Source: an uncultured Chloroflexia bacterium (GTDB taxonomy: Bacteria > Chloroflexota > Anaerolineae > CG2-30-64-16). Taken from it: a DNA stretch of 64,000 nucleotides. The notes beneath the pieces were generated by a model, which saw only the letters and a program-made list of their open reading frames with translations, was not told the origin of the DNA and did no database searches. Shown here in pieces: positions 13,359 through 24,286 of the stretch (position 1 is the first letter of the stretch; each line of letters starts with the position of its first letter). Made by a program: the position numbers and the translations under genes. Location of the stretch: the NCBI GenBank assembly GCA_963810095.1, contig CAWEMM010000006.1, positions 352,001-416,000 of the forward strand. Direction: 5' to 3'.

Positions 13359-14446
13359 CTAACAGTTGAGCCGCCGGCGGGCCGCATCCACGATCGCGTT
13401 GATCAGCGCGTCGTAGCTGGCGCCCGCGTCCGCGCCAGACGCTGCGGCATGCTCCGCCGCGGCCTCCAGCACCAGGTCGCTCAACCCCGGATACAGGCCG
13501 GGCAGCGGGTTGATCTCCAGAATGTACGGGCGGTCGCCGTCATCCGCATCCAGCCGGAAGTCGACCCGCGCCACGTCGCGGCAGCCGGTCACCCGGAACA
13601 CCTCGGCCGTCAGCAGGTTGAGCTGAGCCACCAGGCCGGCATCGAGCGGCGCGGGGCACAGGTACTTGAACTCATGCGCCCACTCCGTCTTCATCCGATT
13701 GGTGTACACCCCGCCCTCGCTCTCCGGGTACGCCTGCAGGTTGACCTCGAGCGGCGGGTAGAAAGTGCAGACCCTCCATGACCCGCGACGCGGCCTCATT
13801 CCCCGGCACCCGCTGCGCGACCGGCTCGACCAGGTTGCCCACCACCCCGACCGTCACCTCCCGGCCCCGGATGAACCGCTCGACCAGGATCGGCTGGCGG
13901 TAGCGCGCCAGTTGCTCGCGCAGTTGGACCGCGCAGCTCAGCCTCGGTCTGCACGATCGACGATGCGCTGACGCCGATGCCGGTCCCTTCCCGGCTGGGC
14001 TTCACGAACATGGGGAAGCGCATGTCGGGGTCAAGCGGTTCGCCGGCTCGCTCGAACACCTGGAACTCGGGCGTCGGCAGGCCGTGGAACGCCAGCACCC
14101 GCTTGGTCATGGGCTTGTCGAGCGTCAGCGCGAGGGTCATGACCGCGCTGCCCGTGTAGGGCACCCGCATCATCTCCAACAGCGCGGGCACGTGCGACTC
14201 GCGCGAGTCGCCCCAGTGGCCCTCGCAGATGTTGAAGCACAGGTCAGGCTTGAGCTTCGGCAGTTCCTCGATCAGCGAAAGGTTGCCCTCCAGAAACGTC
14301 GCCCGGTGCCCGCCCCGTTCGAGCGCGGCGACGATGGACTCGACCGTGATGTCAGAGTCAAGGTCGTCCCACGCGTCATCCGACATGCCCGGGTATTTCG
14401 GCGCGTTCCGCTTCAGGTTTGCGAGCACCGCGATGTTCAAGCCCAT
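13359..14446 (-). CDS. D-alanine--D-alanine ligase-like ATP-grasp protein, frameshifted
   Basis: FNICEG, VPYTGS..LTLDK, FVKPSREGTGIG, ARVDFR, LEINPLPGL. Confidence 0.85.
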
Positions 14447-14507
14447 GTACTCCTCTTTTTTATGCTGGATGTGGGGCCTGCGGCCCCACGTCCACCACAC
14501 GAGAAAC

Positions 14508-15984
14508 CTATCCGTGCGTGCCGTTGCGCCCGTTACCGTTGTGGCCGTTACCGTTGTGCCCGCTCTTGCCGTTCCCGTTCGGGCGGAGGGTGAGCACCTC
14601 GTGCTGAGCCGGGGCGGGGTCCCAGCGCACCTCGCCGTGACCGCGTGCCCGGTTGCGCGCGTGCAGCCTGGTCAAACCCTTCCGGCTTGATCTGCTTCCG
14701 CTCGCCCGTCAGCAAGGCGTGCACGCCGTCCTGGCCCGGCTCATCCTCGGCCGCCGGCCGTTCGGGCCGCGCCACCGTGTGCCCGGTGTAATCGTTGGGC
14801 TCGTCGTAGGTCGTAATGAAGCCCTCGAAGTTGCGGAGGACCACCCGGCCCGGCGCCTGGCTGATCAGGTACTGCGGCATGACGGGGATCTTCCCGCCGC
14901 CGCCCGGCGCGTCGACCACGTAAGTGGGGATCGCGTAGCCGGACGTGTGGCCCCGCAAGCCCTCGATGATCTCGATGCCCTTGCTGACCGTCGTGCGGAA
15001 GTGGCCCGCACCCTCGACCAGGTCGCACTGGTAGAGGTAGTAGGGCCGCACCCGGTTCTTGACCAGCTTGTGCACCAACTCCTTCATCACCTCGACCGAG
15101 TCGTTCACCCCGGCCAGCAGCACGGTTTGCGCGCCGAGCGGAATGCCCGCGTCGGCCAGCAGCGCCAGCGCCTGCGCCACCTCGGGCGTCAGCTCCTTCG
15201 CATGGTTGAAGTGCAGGTTCATCCACAGCGGGTGGAACTGGCGCAGCATCGCGACCAGCTCGGGCGTGATGCGCTGGGGCATGAACACGGGCACCCGGCT
15301 GCCGATCCGGATGATCTCGACGTGTTCGATGGCGCGCAGGCGGCGCAGGATGTCTTCGAGCACCTTCGGGGGCAGCACCAGCGGGTCGCCGCCGGACAGC
15401 AGCACGTCGCGAATCTCCGGCGTGCGCGCGATGTAGTCGATCTGCCGGTCGTAGTCGTGCCGGCTGAACTGTGCGCTCGGGTCGCCCACGATCCGGCTGC
15501 GGGTGCAGTAGCGGCAGTAGCTGGCGCACTGGGTCGTGATCAGCATGAGCACACGGTCGGGGTAACGGTGCACGAGCCCTGGCACCGGGCTGTGGCCATC
15601 CTCGTTCAGCGAGTCTTCATACATGCCGTCGAAGGCCACCAGTTCCTTCGACGTGGGGATCACCTGCCGCCGGATCGGGCAGTTCGGGTCGTCCGGGTCG
15701 ATCAGGGACGCAAAGTACGGGGTAATATCCACCCGGAAGAGGGCGCTGCGTGCACCTTCCTCTTCCTCGGGCGTGAGGTTAATGATCTGGCTCAGTTCTT
15801 CGACCGAGTTCAGCCGGTGGCTGAGCTGCCAACGCCAATCCTCCCACTGACTGTCGGGCACGCCGGCCCAGATGGCCGCGCGGCGCGAACGCAGAGACGC
15901 TCCCGGGGCTACGCGTTGGGGGGGCTCGTCATCCCGGTGGGGAGGCTCCTCCTTTACAACTTCCAGTTCGATTACGTTATCCAT
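14508..15984 (-). CDS. kamA: KamA-family radical SAM lysine 2,3-aminomutase with (NGNGH)n tail
   Basis: CASYCRYC, VHRYPDRVL, LSGGDPL, PYYLYQCD, PGGGGKIP (PLP Lys); end set at TAG 14508 assuming a late frameshift. Confidence 0.9.
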
Positions 15985-16023
15985 GATTAACCTCACGACA
16001 TTTTTCCAAAGCAGGTTCAAGGC

Positions 16024-16152
16024 AAACAAAAACCCCTGTAACACAGGCTGATCCTGCCGCTGGATGTCACTGGTCAGGAGCACGCTAACGCAACCTGGGT
16101 TGCACGTGTTCCTGGCACGACGGGCGGTCGTGGACCATAAGGTCACAGGGGT
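16024..16152 (-). ncRNA. Candidate structured cis-regulatory RNA in kamA 5' leader (no family recognised)
   Basis: 11-bp closing stem ACCCCTGTGAC/GTTACAGGGGT enclosing several hairpins, followed by a T-tract, about 45 nt before the ATG. Confidence 0.5.
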
Positions 16153-16328
16153 GTCAGTATTATTTTATCGGGCCCTACCGGCTGCAAGCACCCTAGATTG
16201 GCGCCCTGCCGGTGGTTACCCAGCTAATGTAGCGTTTGTCAGACCACGTGCGTGGCCGAATCCTCCCAACCTTGCGTATTCGCACGCCGTACCGGCGTGT
16301 CCTACATCAGTGGGACCTCGGGGTGGGC

Positions 16329-16565
16329 TCAGCCCAACTCCTCGTCCTCAAAATCCTCGTCGTCATCAACCTGCACGGCGTGCCAGGCTGGTTCGTCGTC
16401 GCCGGAGGGAAAAAACTCGAGCGCCTGGGCCGGAGCCCCGCAATCCGGGCACACCTTAGGGCGCTTCGGCATCACGCCCTGCTCGACGTACCCGCACTCC
16501 ATGCACTCCCATTCTCCAGAATGGGCCCGTTCTCCCGCAGGCTCGGCTTGGACATCAGGTTCCAT
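16329..16565 (-). CDS. Small rubredoxin-like zinc-ribbon protein with acidic tail
   Basis: WECMECGY..CPDCGA; GGGAG RBS. Confidence 0.75.
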   Translation of the reverse strand: MEPDVQAEPAGERAHSGEWECMECGYVEQGVMPKRPKVCPDCGAPAQALEFFPSGDDEPAWHAVQVDDDEDFEDEELG

Positions 16566-16827
16566 CGCGTTCTCCCGCCCTTAAGACTACTGCCAGGAAG
16601 AGATAGTTCCTGATACGCCCACGTCAAAGAGCTTACCACTGACTGACGAGCAAGTCAGTGGCCGTTCACGCATTTCTTTAAGGTTGTCTTAAGTCATAAA
16701 ACGCGCCTGCTAATTGTACGCATTTGCCCGTTGGTGTCAATTAAGCGGGCCAAGGTTCCCGTGTACGGTCGTTTGACACCCTCCGCCACTCTGTGGCATA
16801 CTGACGCTCGACAAGCACACATCACAA

Positions 16828-17095
16828 AGACTAGGAACCGGGCAAGTACCCGGCGCGCGCGCTCTCAGAGAGCCCCGGCAAGTGTGAGCGGGGCAGCGGC
16901 GGCGCAGGGGAATGGGCCGGGGAGTCGCCAGCCTAAGAAGCTGCGCCGGAGACGCCACCGTTACCAGGGCGCGCGGCGGCTCGGTGAGCGCCTGATGCGG
17001 CAACCGCCGGCAGAGCGGGGCTGCACGCGCAGCCCAACCAGGGTGGCACCGCGAGGATCGACCTCGTCCCTGCACAGGGACGAGGTTTGTTTTTG
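16828..17095 (+). promoter_or_regulatory. T-box riboswitch (Trp specifier) with terminator
   Basis: AGTA and AGAGA motifs, GAA-TGG specifier at 16910-16915, T-box AGGGTGGCACCGCG at 17040-17053, terminator ACCTCGTCCCT..AGGGACGAGGT plus T-tract. Confidence 0.93.
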
Positions 17096-17112
17096 CCCGT
17101 TGGCCTACGGCT

Positions 17113-17181
17113 AACACAGAGACACCGGAGCACAACGGACAGCTGCTTTGTGCTCTTCGTGTCTTGGTGTCTTTGTGGTGA
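17113..17181. repeat. CACAAAG/CTTTGTG periodic palindromic repeat, copy 1
   Basis: CACAGAGACACC..CTTTGTGCTCTTCGTGTCTTGGTGTCTTTGTG. Confidence 0.7.
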
Positions 17182-17227
17182 AATCCAGGGTCCGAGACGC
17201 GGCAAGGCGTGAGAAAGGAATGACATC

Positions 17228-18307
17228 ATGTTGGGCAAGAAACGCATTCTGACAGGCGACCGGCCCACCGGCCGCTTGCACCTGGGGCACTATGTGGGCA
17301 GCCTGCGCAACCGCGTGCGGCTGCAGGACGAGTACGAGTGCTTCTTCATCATCGCCGACCTGCACATGCTGACGACCAAGAACGCGCCCGCTGAGATCAA
17401 CGAGATTGCGGACAACGCCCGGGGTATGGTGCTCGACTACGTCAGCCGCCGGCATCGACCCGGCGAAGTCGACCATTTTCCTCCAGTCGGCCATCCACGA
17501 GACCTACGAGCTGGCGCTGCTGCTGGGCAACCTCGTCACCGTGCCGCGGCTGGCGCGCGTGCCCAGCATCAAGGACATGGCACGCGCGGCCATGATCGAC
17601 GTGGAGGCGATCCCGTTCGGCCTGCTCGGCTACCCCGTGCTCCAGGCCGCCGACATCCTGCTGCCCCGCGCCAACCTGGTGCCCGTGGGCAAGGACAACC
17701 AGGCCCACGTCGAGATTACCCGGGAGATCGCCCGCCGCTTCAACAACCTCTACGGCGAAGTCTTCCCCATCCCCGACGACCTCGTCGAGGGCGACACGCT
17801 GCCCGGCACGGACGGCCAGGCGAAGATGAGCAAGTCGATCGGCAACGCCATCTTCCTGAACGACGACGCAGCCACCGTGCGGAAGAAGGTGCATAGCATG
17901 TACACCGACCCCAACCGCATCCGGGCCGACATCCCCGGCACGGTCGAAGGCAACCCTGTCTTCACCTACCTGGACCACTTCGACCCGGATAAGCCGCTTG
18001 ATCGAAGAACTCAAGACCCGTTACCGGGCCGGAACGGTCGGCGACGTGGAGGTCAAGGAGCGGCTGGCGCAGTCGCTGAACGCGTTCCTCGAGCCAATGC
18101 GCGAGCGGGCCGCGCAGTACGCGGGCCAGAGCGGCCTGGTCGACGAGATCATCTTCCAGGGCACGATGCGCTACCGCGAGATCGCCGGCGAGACGATGCG
18201 CGAGGTGAAGAAGGCAATGGGGCTGTCGAGCACGCTTCAACCGCATCGCGCGGAAGGCCGAGGAACGGCAGAAGAAGCTGGCGAAGCAGGGCGCGGGCAG
18301 CCGCTGA
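17228..18307 (+). CDS. trpS: Tryptophanyl-tRNA synthetase, frameshifted
   Basis: [14 protein letters not shown] (HIGH), [15 protein letters not shown]; Trp T-box upstream. Confidence 0.95.
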
Positions 18308-18309
18308 CC

Positions 18310-19454
18310 GTGCTGGCCGGCCGCGCAACCCCTGCCGGCACTGCCCGCTTCGCGGACCGCTTCGGCGGCCAGCGCGCTGCCCCGTCGCAAACGGCGCAGC
18401 CCAGCCGGGCGAACACTTTCGCCCGCTGGATGACCTGCGTATCTCGTCGATAGGCTTCGGCCTGGCGTCGGGCGATCCGACCGACGAGATCGACGCGCGC
18501 TATCAGCAGGCGGTCGCGGCGGCGGTGGCAGGTGGCTGCAACCACTTCGACGTGGCGCTCAGCTACCGGGGGCAGCGCAGCGAGGTCGCGCTCGGCCGCG
18601 CGCTGGCCGAGCTGGTCGCCGCGGGCGCGCTGCAGCGCGACGAGGTGATCGTCGCCAGCAAGGCCGGCTTCATCCCCTACCCGCCGGACGAGGACGACAC
18701 CGCCCGTTACGTCTACGAGAACTTCATTGCAGCAGGCATCGCCGAACCTGACGATTTTGCGGGCGGCATCCACTGCATGGCGCCGAATTTCCTGAGCCAA
18801 CAGATCGCCTGGAGCCTGCGCAACCTCGGGCTCCGGCCGGTCGACATCTACTATCTCCAGAATCCGGAGACGCAGCTGCCGTTTGCGGACCGCGACCACG
18901 TTTCGGCGCCGGCTGCAACTGGCGTTTGCCAGGCTGGAAGAGGAAGTGGCTGCCGGGCCGCATCGGTTGTTACGGCGTCGCGACGTGGGAGGGCTTCCGC
19001 CTCGCACCGGTGACCAAGACCTACATGAGCCTGGAGGTGCTGGAGCGCCTGGTCGTCGAGGTCGCAGGCGTGAACCACCACCTGCGCGTGGTACAATTGC
19101 CGCATCAACACCGGCATGCTCGAAGCCTTGACGCTGCGCAACCAGCCCGTGCGGAACAGCATCTTGCCGTTCCTCTCGGCCGCGCGCGACCTGGGTTTCG
19201 TCGTCGTAGCCAGCGCGGCGCTGGGGCAGGGCCAGAGCGCACGGCCGCCTGGCCGAAGCACTGATTGACGGCTTTCGCGGGCTCGACACGCGCCGACCAG
19301 CGCAGCCTGCAGTTGGTGCGCTCGCTCCCGGGCGTCGACCTCGGCCCTGTTCGGCAGCACCGACGAACAGCACGTGCGCGAGAACCTGGCTTTGGCCGCC
19401 GAGCCGCCGGACCCGGCGACTGCGCTGCGGCTGGGGCACATGAAAGGGCGTTAG
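18310..19454 (+). CDS. Aldo/keto reductase family protein, frameshifted
   Basis: [47 protein letters not shown]. Confidence 0.85.
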
Positions 19455-19455
19455 G

Positions 19456-20227
19456 TTGGCACACTTGCGGGCCGTCCTTTTCGACATGGGCGACACGATC
19501 GTCGAGCTGGGGGAGGGCGGCCGCCCGGTGGGCGACTAGCTACGAGGAGCGCGTGATGCTGCGGGTCGCACGCGTGTTTGATGCGCTGGCGGCCCGGGGC
19601 GTCAGCCTCCCCGAGCAAGCGACCTTCTGCGAGGCTTTGGCGCACGACAGCGAAGCGCAGTATCAGGCTGCGCTTGCGGAGCAGATCGGCATCGACGCCC
19701 CGACCGTCATGCGCCGCTTTCTCCAAGCGCAGGGATTGCCGGCCGACGACGATTTCGTGGAGGCCGCAGCCGAAGCCTACTGCCGCGGCGGCCCCGAGCT
19801 GGTCGCGCCGCTGCGACTGGGCGCGGTCGAGACCCTTACCGCGCTCCGGGCGCGCGGGCTGCTCCTGGGCGTGATCTCAAACACGATCCAGCCCGGCCGG
19901 TTCCTGACCACGAACCTGCAGCGCTGGGGGCTCGATCACCTCTTCGACGTGCAGGTGTATTCGTCTGATGTGGGCGTTGCCAAGCCGCACCCGCGCATTT
20001 TCCAGGTCGCGCTCGAAGCACTGGGCGTGGCGGCGCCGGATGCGGTCTATGTCGGCGACCGTCTGGTGCCCGACGTCGGCGGCAGCCAGGCCGCGGGAAT
20101 GAAGGCCGTGCTGATCGAGGTCGAGCACCGGGCGGAGACGCACCCGACCATCGTTCCCGATGCGCGCATCAAGGAGCTGCCCGAGTTGCTCGCCGTGCTG
20201 CCTGCGCTGTATGAAGTCCCCGTTTAG
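19456..20227 (+). CDS. HAD-superfamily hydrolase (subfamily IA), frameshifted
   Basis: AVLFDMGDT, GVISN, KPHPRIF, YVGDRLVPDV. Confidence 0.85.
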
Positions 20228-20239
20228 CAAAGGAATCCA

Positions 20240-21289
20240 ATGCAATCACTACCGACCATCGACGTCGATCTCCTGGTCGAGCGGCTCGTCGCCCTGCTGC
20301 AGACCCCCAGCCCCACCGGCGACACTGAGGCCGCGCTCACGCTCGTCGCCGGTTGGCTGACGCAGATGGGCCTCGCGCCTGTGCACACCAAGAAGGGTGC
20401 CCTCACCGTCACCGTCGAGGGGGCGGCTGACGACGCGCCGCGGGCAGTCACCGGGCATGTCGATACGCTGGGCGGCATCGTCACGCAGATCAAGGCCGAC
20501 GGCCGGTTGACCTTCGATCGCATCGGCGGCTACCCTTATTTTGCGGTCAACGGCGAATATTGCTGGGTCAGGGCCGCGGACGGCCGCTCGCACACGGGGA
20601 CGGCTCTGCTCGTGAAAGCGTCGGTGCACGTACACCGTGAGCCGGTGCGCGACCGTGAGTGGAAAATCGACGAGATGGAGATCCGCCTGGATGCCCGCGT
20701 CAGTTCCGCAGCCGAGGTACGCGAACTCGGCATCGAGGTGGGCGACCTGGTCGCGTGGGACCCCCGCACGACAGTGACCGAAACGGGCTACATCAAGTCA
20801 CGCCACCTGGACGACAAGGCAGGCGTTGCGGTGATGCTAGCCGCACTGCAGGCGCTCTTGGACGCGGGGCTCAAGCCTGCGCAGCGCACCACGTGGCACT
20901 TCAGCAACTTCGAGGAAGTTGGGCACGGCGCGGCGGCAGGCGTGCCCGCCGACGTGGCAGAGTTAGTGGCAGTGGACATGGGCGCGCTGGGCGAAGGGCT
21001 GCAGGGCAACGAACACGCCGTGAGCATTTGTGCCAAGGACAGCGGCGGGCCCTATGATCTTGGCATCCGGCGGCGCCTCGTCAGCCTTGCCCAGGGCCAT
21101 GCCATCCCGTACAAGCTCGACATTTACCCATACTACGGCTCAGATGCAGAGGCTGCGCTGCGTGCGGGCGGCGACCATCGCATCGGCCTGTTGGGACCGG
21201 GCGTCGACGCGTCGCACTCGTTCGAGCGCACGCACCGCGATGCACTCGACGCCTCGACGCGGCTGCTGTTGGCGTATCTATTGGCGTGA
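20240..21289 (+). CDS. M42 family metallopeptidase
   Basis: SPTG, GHVDTLG, SRHLDDKAG, EEVGHG, SHSFER. Confidence 0.9.
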   Translation: MQSLPTIDVDLLVERLVALLQTPSPTGDTEAALTLVAGWLTQMGLAPVHTKKGALTVTVEGAADDAPRAVTGHVDTLGGIVTQIKADGRLTFDRIGGYPYFAVNGEYCWVRAADGRSHTGTALLVKASVHVHREPVRDREWKIDEMEIRLDARVSSAAEVRELGIEVGDLVAWDPRTTVTETGYIKSRHLDDKAGVAVMLAALQALLDAGLKPAQRTTWHFSNFEEVGHGAAAGVPADVAELVAVDMGALGEGLQGNEHAVSICAKDSGGPYDLGIRRRLVSLAQGHAIPYKLDIYPYYGSDAEAALRAGGDHRIGLLGPGVDASHSFERTHRDALDASTRLLLAYLLA

Positions 21290-21321
21290 GACCTTCGAGG
21301 TCTTGAAGGCCTCGAAGGTCT
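21289..21321. repeat. 33-nt REP-like palindrome, AGACCTTCG family
   Basis: AGACCTTCGAGGTCTT-G-AAGGCCTCGAAGGTCT; related copy at 39235. Confidence 0.7.
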
Positions 21322-21344
21322 TTGACCGACCGAAGGATTGCTTT

Positions 21345-22113
21345 ATGACCGAAGGACCGAAGAGCTACCTGATCGACATGGACGGCGTGCTCGTGACTGG
21401 CGGAACGCCGATCGCGGGGGCGAACGAATTCATTGCGCGACTGCGCGAGCGCGGGGCGAAGTTCCTCGTCCTGACCAACAACTCCAAGTACACGCCCGGC
21501 GACCTCGCGTTCCGGTTGAACAGCAGTCGGGCTGGATATTCAGTCCGAATGCATCTTCACCTCGGCAATGGCCACCGCGCGCTTCCTTGCGTCGCAGCGC
21601 CCGAACGGCACCGCCTACGTCATCGGGGAAAGCGGTTTGACGTGGGCGATACACAGCGCCGGGTATGTCATCACCGAGCGCGACCCCGACTATGTGGTGC
21701 TCGGCGAGGCGCTCAACTACTCCCTCGAACAACTCACCCTCGCCACCCGGCTCGTCGCAGCGGGGGCGCGTTTCATCGCCACCAATCCCGACAACAACGG
21801 ACCGGCCGAGGGCGGCATCGTGCCCGCGTGCGGCGCGGTGGCCGCGCTCATCGAGCGGGCAAGCGGCGTAAGCGCCTTCTTCGTCGGCAAGCCCAACCCG
21901 CTGATGCTGCGGCTGGCGCTGAACTCGATCGGCGCGCACTCGGAGAGCACGGTGATGGTTGGGGACCGCATGGACACGGACGTGATTGGGGGCGTGCAGG
22001 CGGGCATGGAGACGGTGTTGGTGCTCTCGGGCATGACGCGGCGGGAGGATGTGAACCGCTATCCGTACCAGCCGACACGCGTCGTCGGTTCCGTGGCCGA
22101 CATTATTCCTTAG
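21345..22113 (+). CDS. nagD: HAD-IIA hydrolase (NagD-like), frameshifted
   Basis: [33 protein letters not shown]. Confidence 0.85.
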
Positions 22114-22257
22114 AGTGCTGCGGCGGAAAGGCTTGCCCGCTTAGGAGCCCGCATTGCATCTCTGCGCCCTCGTTGCGCTGTAATTAAGAGCTGTTTGTGC
22201 CAGCCGGAGTTCGAGGCTTCCCCGCGGGGCGGGGTCTTTGGCAACAGGGGTGTCGCG

Positions 22258-22950
22258 ATGGGCAATCAGGTCAACGAAGTGAGGCAACTCCGCGAGCAGG
22301 TGGTGAAAGCAGCGCACGCAGTGATCAGGAGTGGTGCGATTTCGCGTTCGGGACACGGCAACATCAGCCTGCGCATTCCCAATACGAAGAGCATGCTCCT
22401 CACCTCGGTCATGAATCTCGAGGATTTGACGGCCGAGATGCTGCCGCTGGTCACCTTCAACGGTCAGGTCCTCGACGGCCAACTGGACCCAGTCTCGGCC
22501 GAGATTATCGGCATGCACGCGATCGTGTACGAAACCAACGAAGGCATGGGCTCCGTGGTGCACACCCATGCACCCTATGCGACGACTTACACGGTCGCGG
22601 ATCGTCCGATCGAGTGCTGGTACGAGGGCATGGCCCGCTTCAATCTCAGCGACCCCATCCGGGTGGCGCGCTACGGCCCCCGCGGCTCTGCAGAGTCGAT
22701 CGGCAATATCGCCGACGTAATGAATGAGCGGTCGCGTGCGGTGCTGTTGCAGAATCACGGTGTTCTGGCGTTCGAGCGCGATCTGTTGGGGGCCGTGCGG
22801 GTTTTGACTGTAGTGGAAGAAGCTGCCGAATTAGGCCTGCGGGCGAGCCTGATCGGTCAACCGACGCTCATCCCACCGGAACTGGCGGGCTATGCGCAAC
22901 AGCGTGCGGCCGAGTTTGCCGAACGCGGCGCCCTGCACACGCACGACTGA
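22258..22950 (+). CDS. Class II aldolase/adducin family protein
   Basis: GNISLR, SAE..MH, VVHTH, LLQNHG Zn-ligand motifs. Confidence 0.88.
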   Translation: MGNQVNEVRQLREQVVKAAHAVIRSGAISRSGHGNISLRIPNTKSMLLTSVMNLEDLTAEMLPLVTFNGQVLDGQLDPVSAEIIGMHAIVYETNEGMGSVVHTHAPYATTYTVADRPIECWYEGMARFNLSDPIRVARYGPRGSAESIGNIADVMNERSRAVLLQNHGVLAFERDLLGAVRVLTVVEEAAELGLRASLIGQPTLIPPELAGYAQQRAAEFAERGALHTHD

Positions 22951-23025
22951 GTGCGGAGGCTGGATTGCCTCTCCCCCCGCTCGGCCTGTCTGGCGCCGAG
23001 CGGGGGCGGATGCCAGCTTGTGCCG

Positions 23026-24096
23026 TTACGCCGCGACGGCCAACTCGGGCGCCGGCGGCTCGTCTACTTTCGGCGTCGTGGGGGCGTTGAACAACACTTC
23101 CGCGGCATCTTCCGGCGTGACGGTGTTGATGTAGAACCCCGACCCTTCCTCGAACCCTGCCGGCCGCGTCAGCCGCGGGATGATCTCCATGTGCCAGTGA
23201 TAATCATACTGGATGGTGGACCAGTAGCCGGGCCGGGTGCGCCGGAAGGGCGCCGTGTGGATGAGATAGTTGAACGGCGGGTCGTTCAAGGCATAGCGCA
23301 TTTTCAGCAGGATCGTCTTGAGCGCTTCGGCCATGGCCGCGAACTCGGCGTTTGTGATGTTCACGTAGTCGCTGCTGTGCTGCTTGGGTAGCAGCCAGGT
23401 CTCGTACGGCACCCGAGCTGCAAACGGGCTGACCACGACGAACAGGTCGTTTTCGAAGACGACGCGCTCGCGGGTGAGCCGGGTTTCCTGGCGGATAATG
23501 TCGCAGAACACGCACCGGCGCTTGAAGTCATAGTAGCGCTGCGAACCCTGCAGTTCCTCTTTAACCCGCTTGGGCGTTACGGGCGTGGCGATCAGCTGCG
23601 AGTGGGCATGAGACATCGTCGCACCCGCCAGGTAACCCTGATTCTTGAAGATCAGCACGTACTTGAAGCGATCGTCACCCCCAAGATCGCTCATCCGCTC
23701 GCGGTAGGCCCGCAGCACGTCGCCGATCTGCTGCTCGCTCAAATCCGCCAGCTCGGTCGTGTGCTCGGGGGTTTCGACGATGACCTCGTGTGCCCCCACC
23801 CCCGTCATCATGTCGAAGATCCCCACACCCTCGCGCACGAGTTTGCCTTCGATGCGCAGGACGGGGAACCGGTTCGGAAGCACCCGCACCTGCCATCCGG
23901 GCGTGTTGCGCGTGGTGCCGGCAGAGCGAATAGCGTAAATCTCCGTCGGGTCTCGCCCCTCCTGGCCCCCACAAAAAACGCACGGTTCGGGCTGACGAGT
24001 CGCCGACAGCACCGGCGCCTGGTCGGGGCGCAGCCCGCGCTCGGGCGCAATGATTACCCAGCGACCCATGACCGGATCGCGACGTAGCTCCGACAA
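23026..24096 (-). CDS. galT: Galactose-1-phosphate uridylyltransferase family
   Basis: SELRRDP, GAHEVIVE, GATMSHAHSQ (HxHxQ), YHWHMEI. Confidence 0.9.
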   Translation of the reverse strand: MSELRRDPVMGRWVIIAPERGLRPDQAPVLSATRQPEPCVFCGGQEGRDPTEIYAIRSAGTTRNTPGWQVRVLPNRFPVLRIEGKLVREGVGIFDMMTGVGAHEVIVETPEHTTELADLSEQQIGDVLRAYRERMSDLGGDDRFKYVLIFKNQGYLAGATMSHAHSQLIATPVTPKRVKEELQGSQRYYDFKRRCVFCDIIRQETRLTRERVVFENDLFVVVSPFAARVPYETWLLPKQHSSDYVNITNAEFAAMAEALKTILLKMRYALNDPPFNYLIHTAPFRRTRPGYWSTIQYDYHWHMEIIPRLTRPAGFEEGSGFYINTVTPEDAAEVLFNAPTTPKVDEPPAPELAVAA

Positions 24097-24286
24097 CTTG
24101 GCCTCCCTTGGCCCGCGGCGCCTGTTACCACCCTTGACGCTGCAACAATACCTTGGGCCGATTCCTACCTCTACCAGCCTACACCACCCCAGTTACAGGA
24201 CCCATTGCGATTGTAACTGCCGGCACGACGGCCCTCAGCAAGCCGGCATACGGCTGCTGCAACCGGCTCACGCCGAGCTTCAGGTT

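Noticed and set aside
16636-16693. CCACTGACT inverted repeat and TTAAG-N6-TTAAG direct repeat
   Set aside because: Plausible regulator sites but too short to support, and no cognate regulator lies nearby
17406-19013. Apparent TrpS-aldo/keto reductase fusion
   Set aside because: Produced by frameshifts; trpS has a stop at 18307 and the AKR a GTG start at 18310
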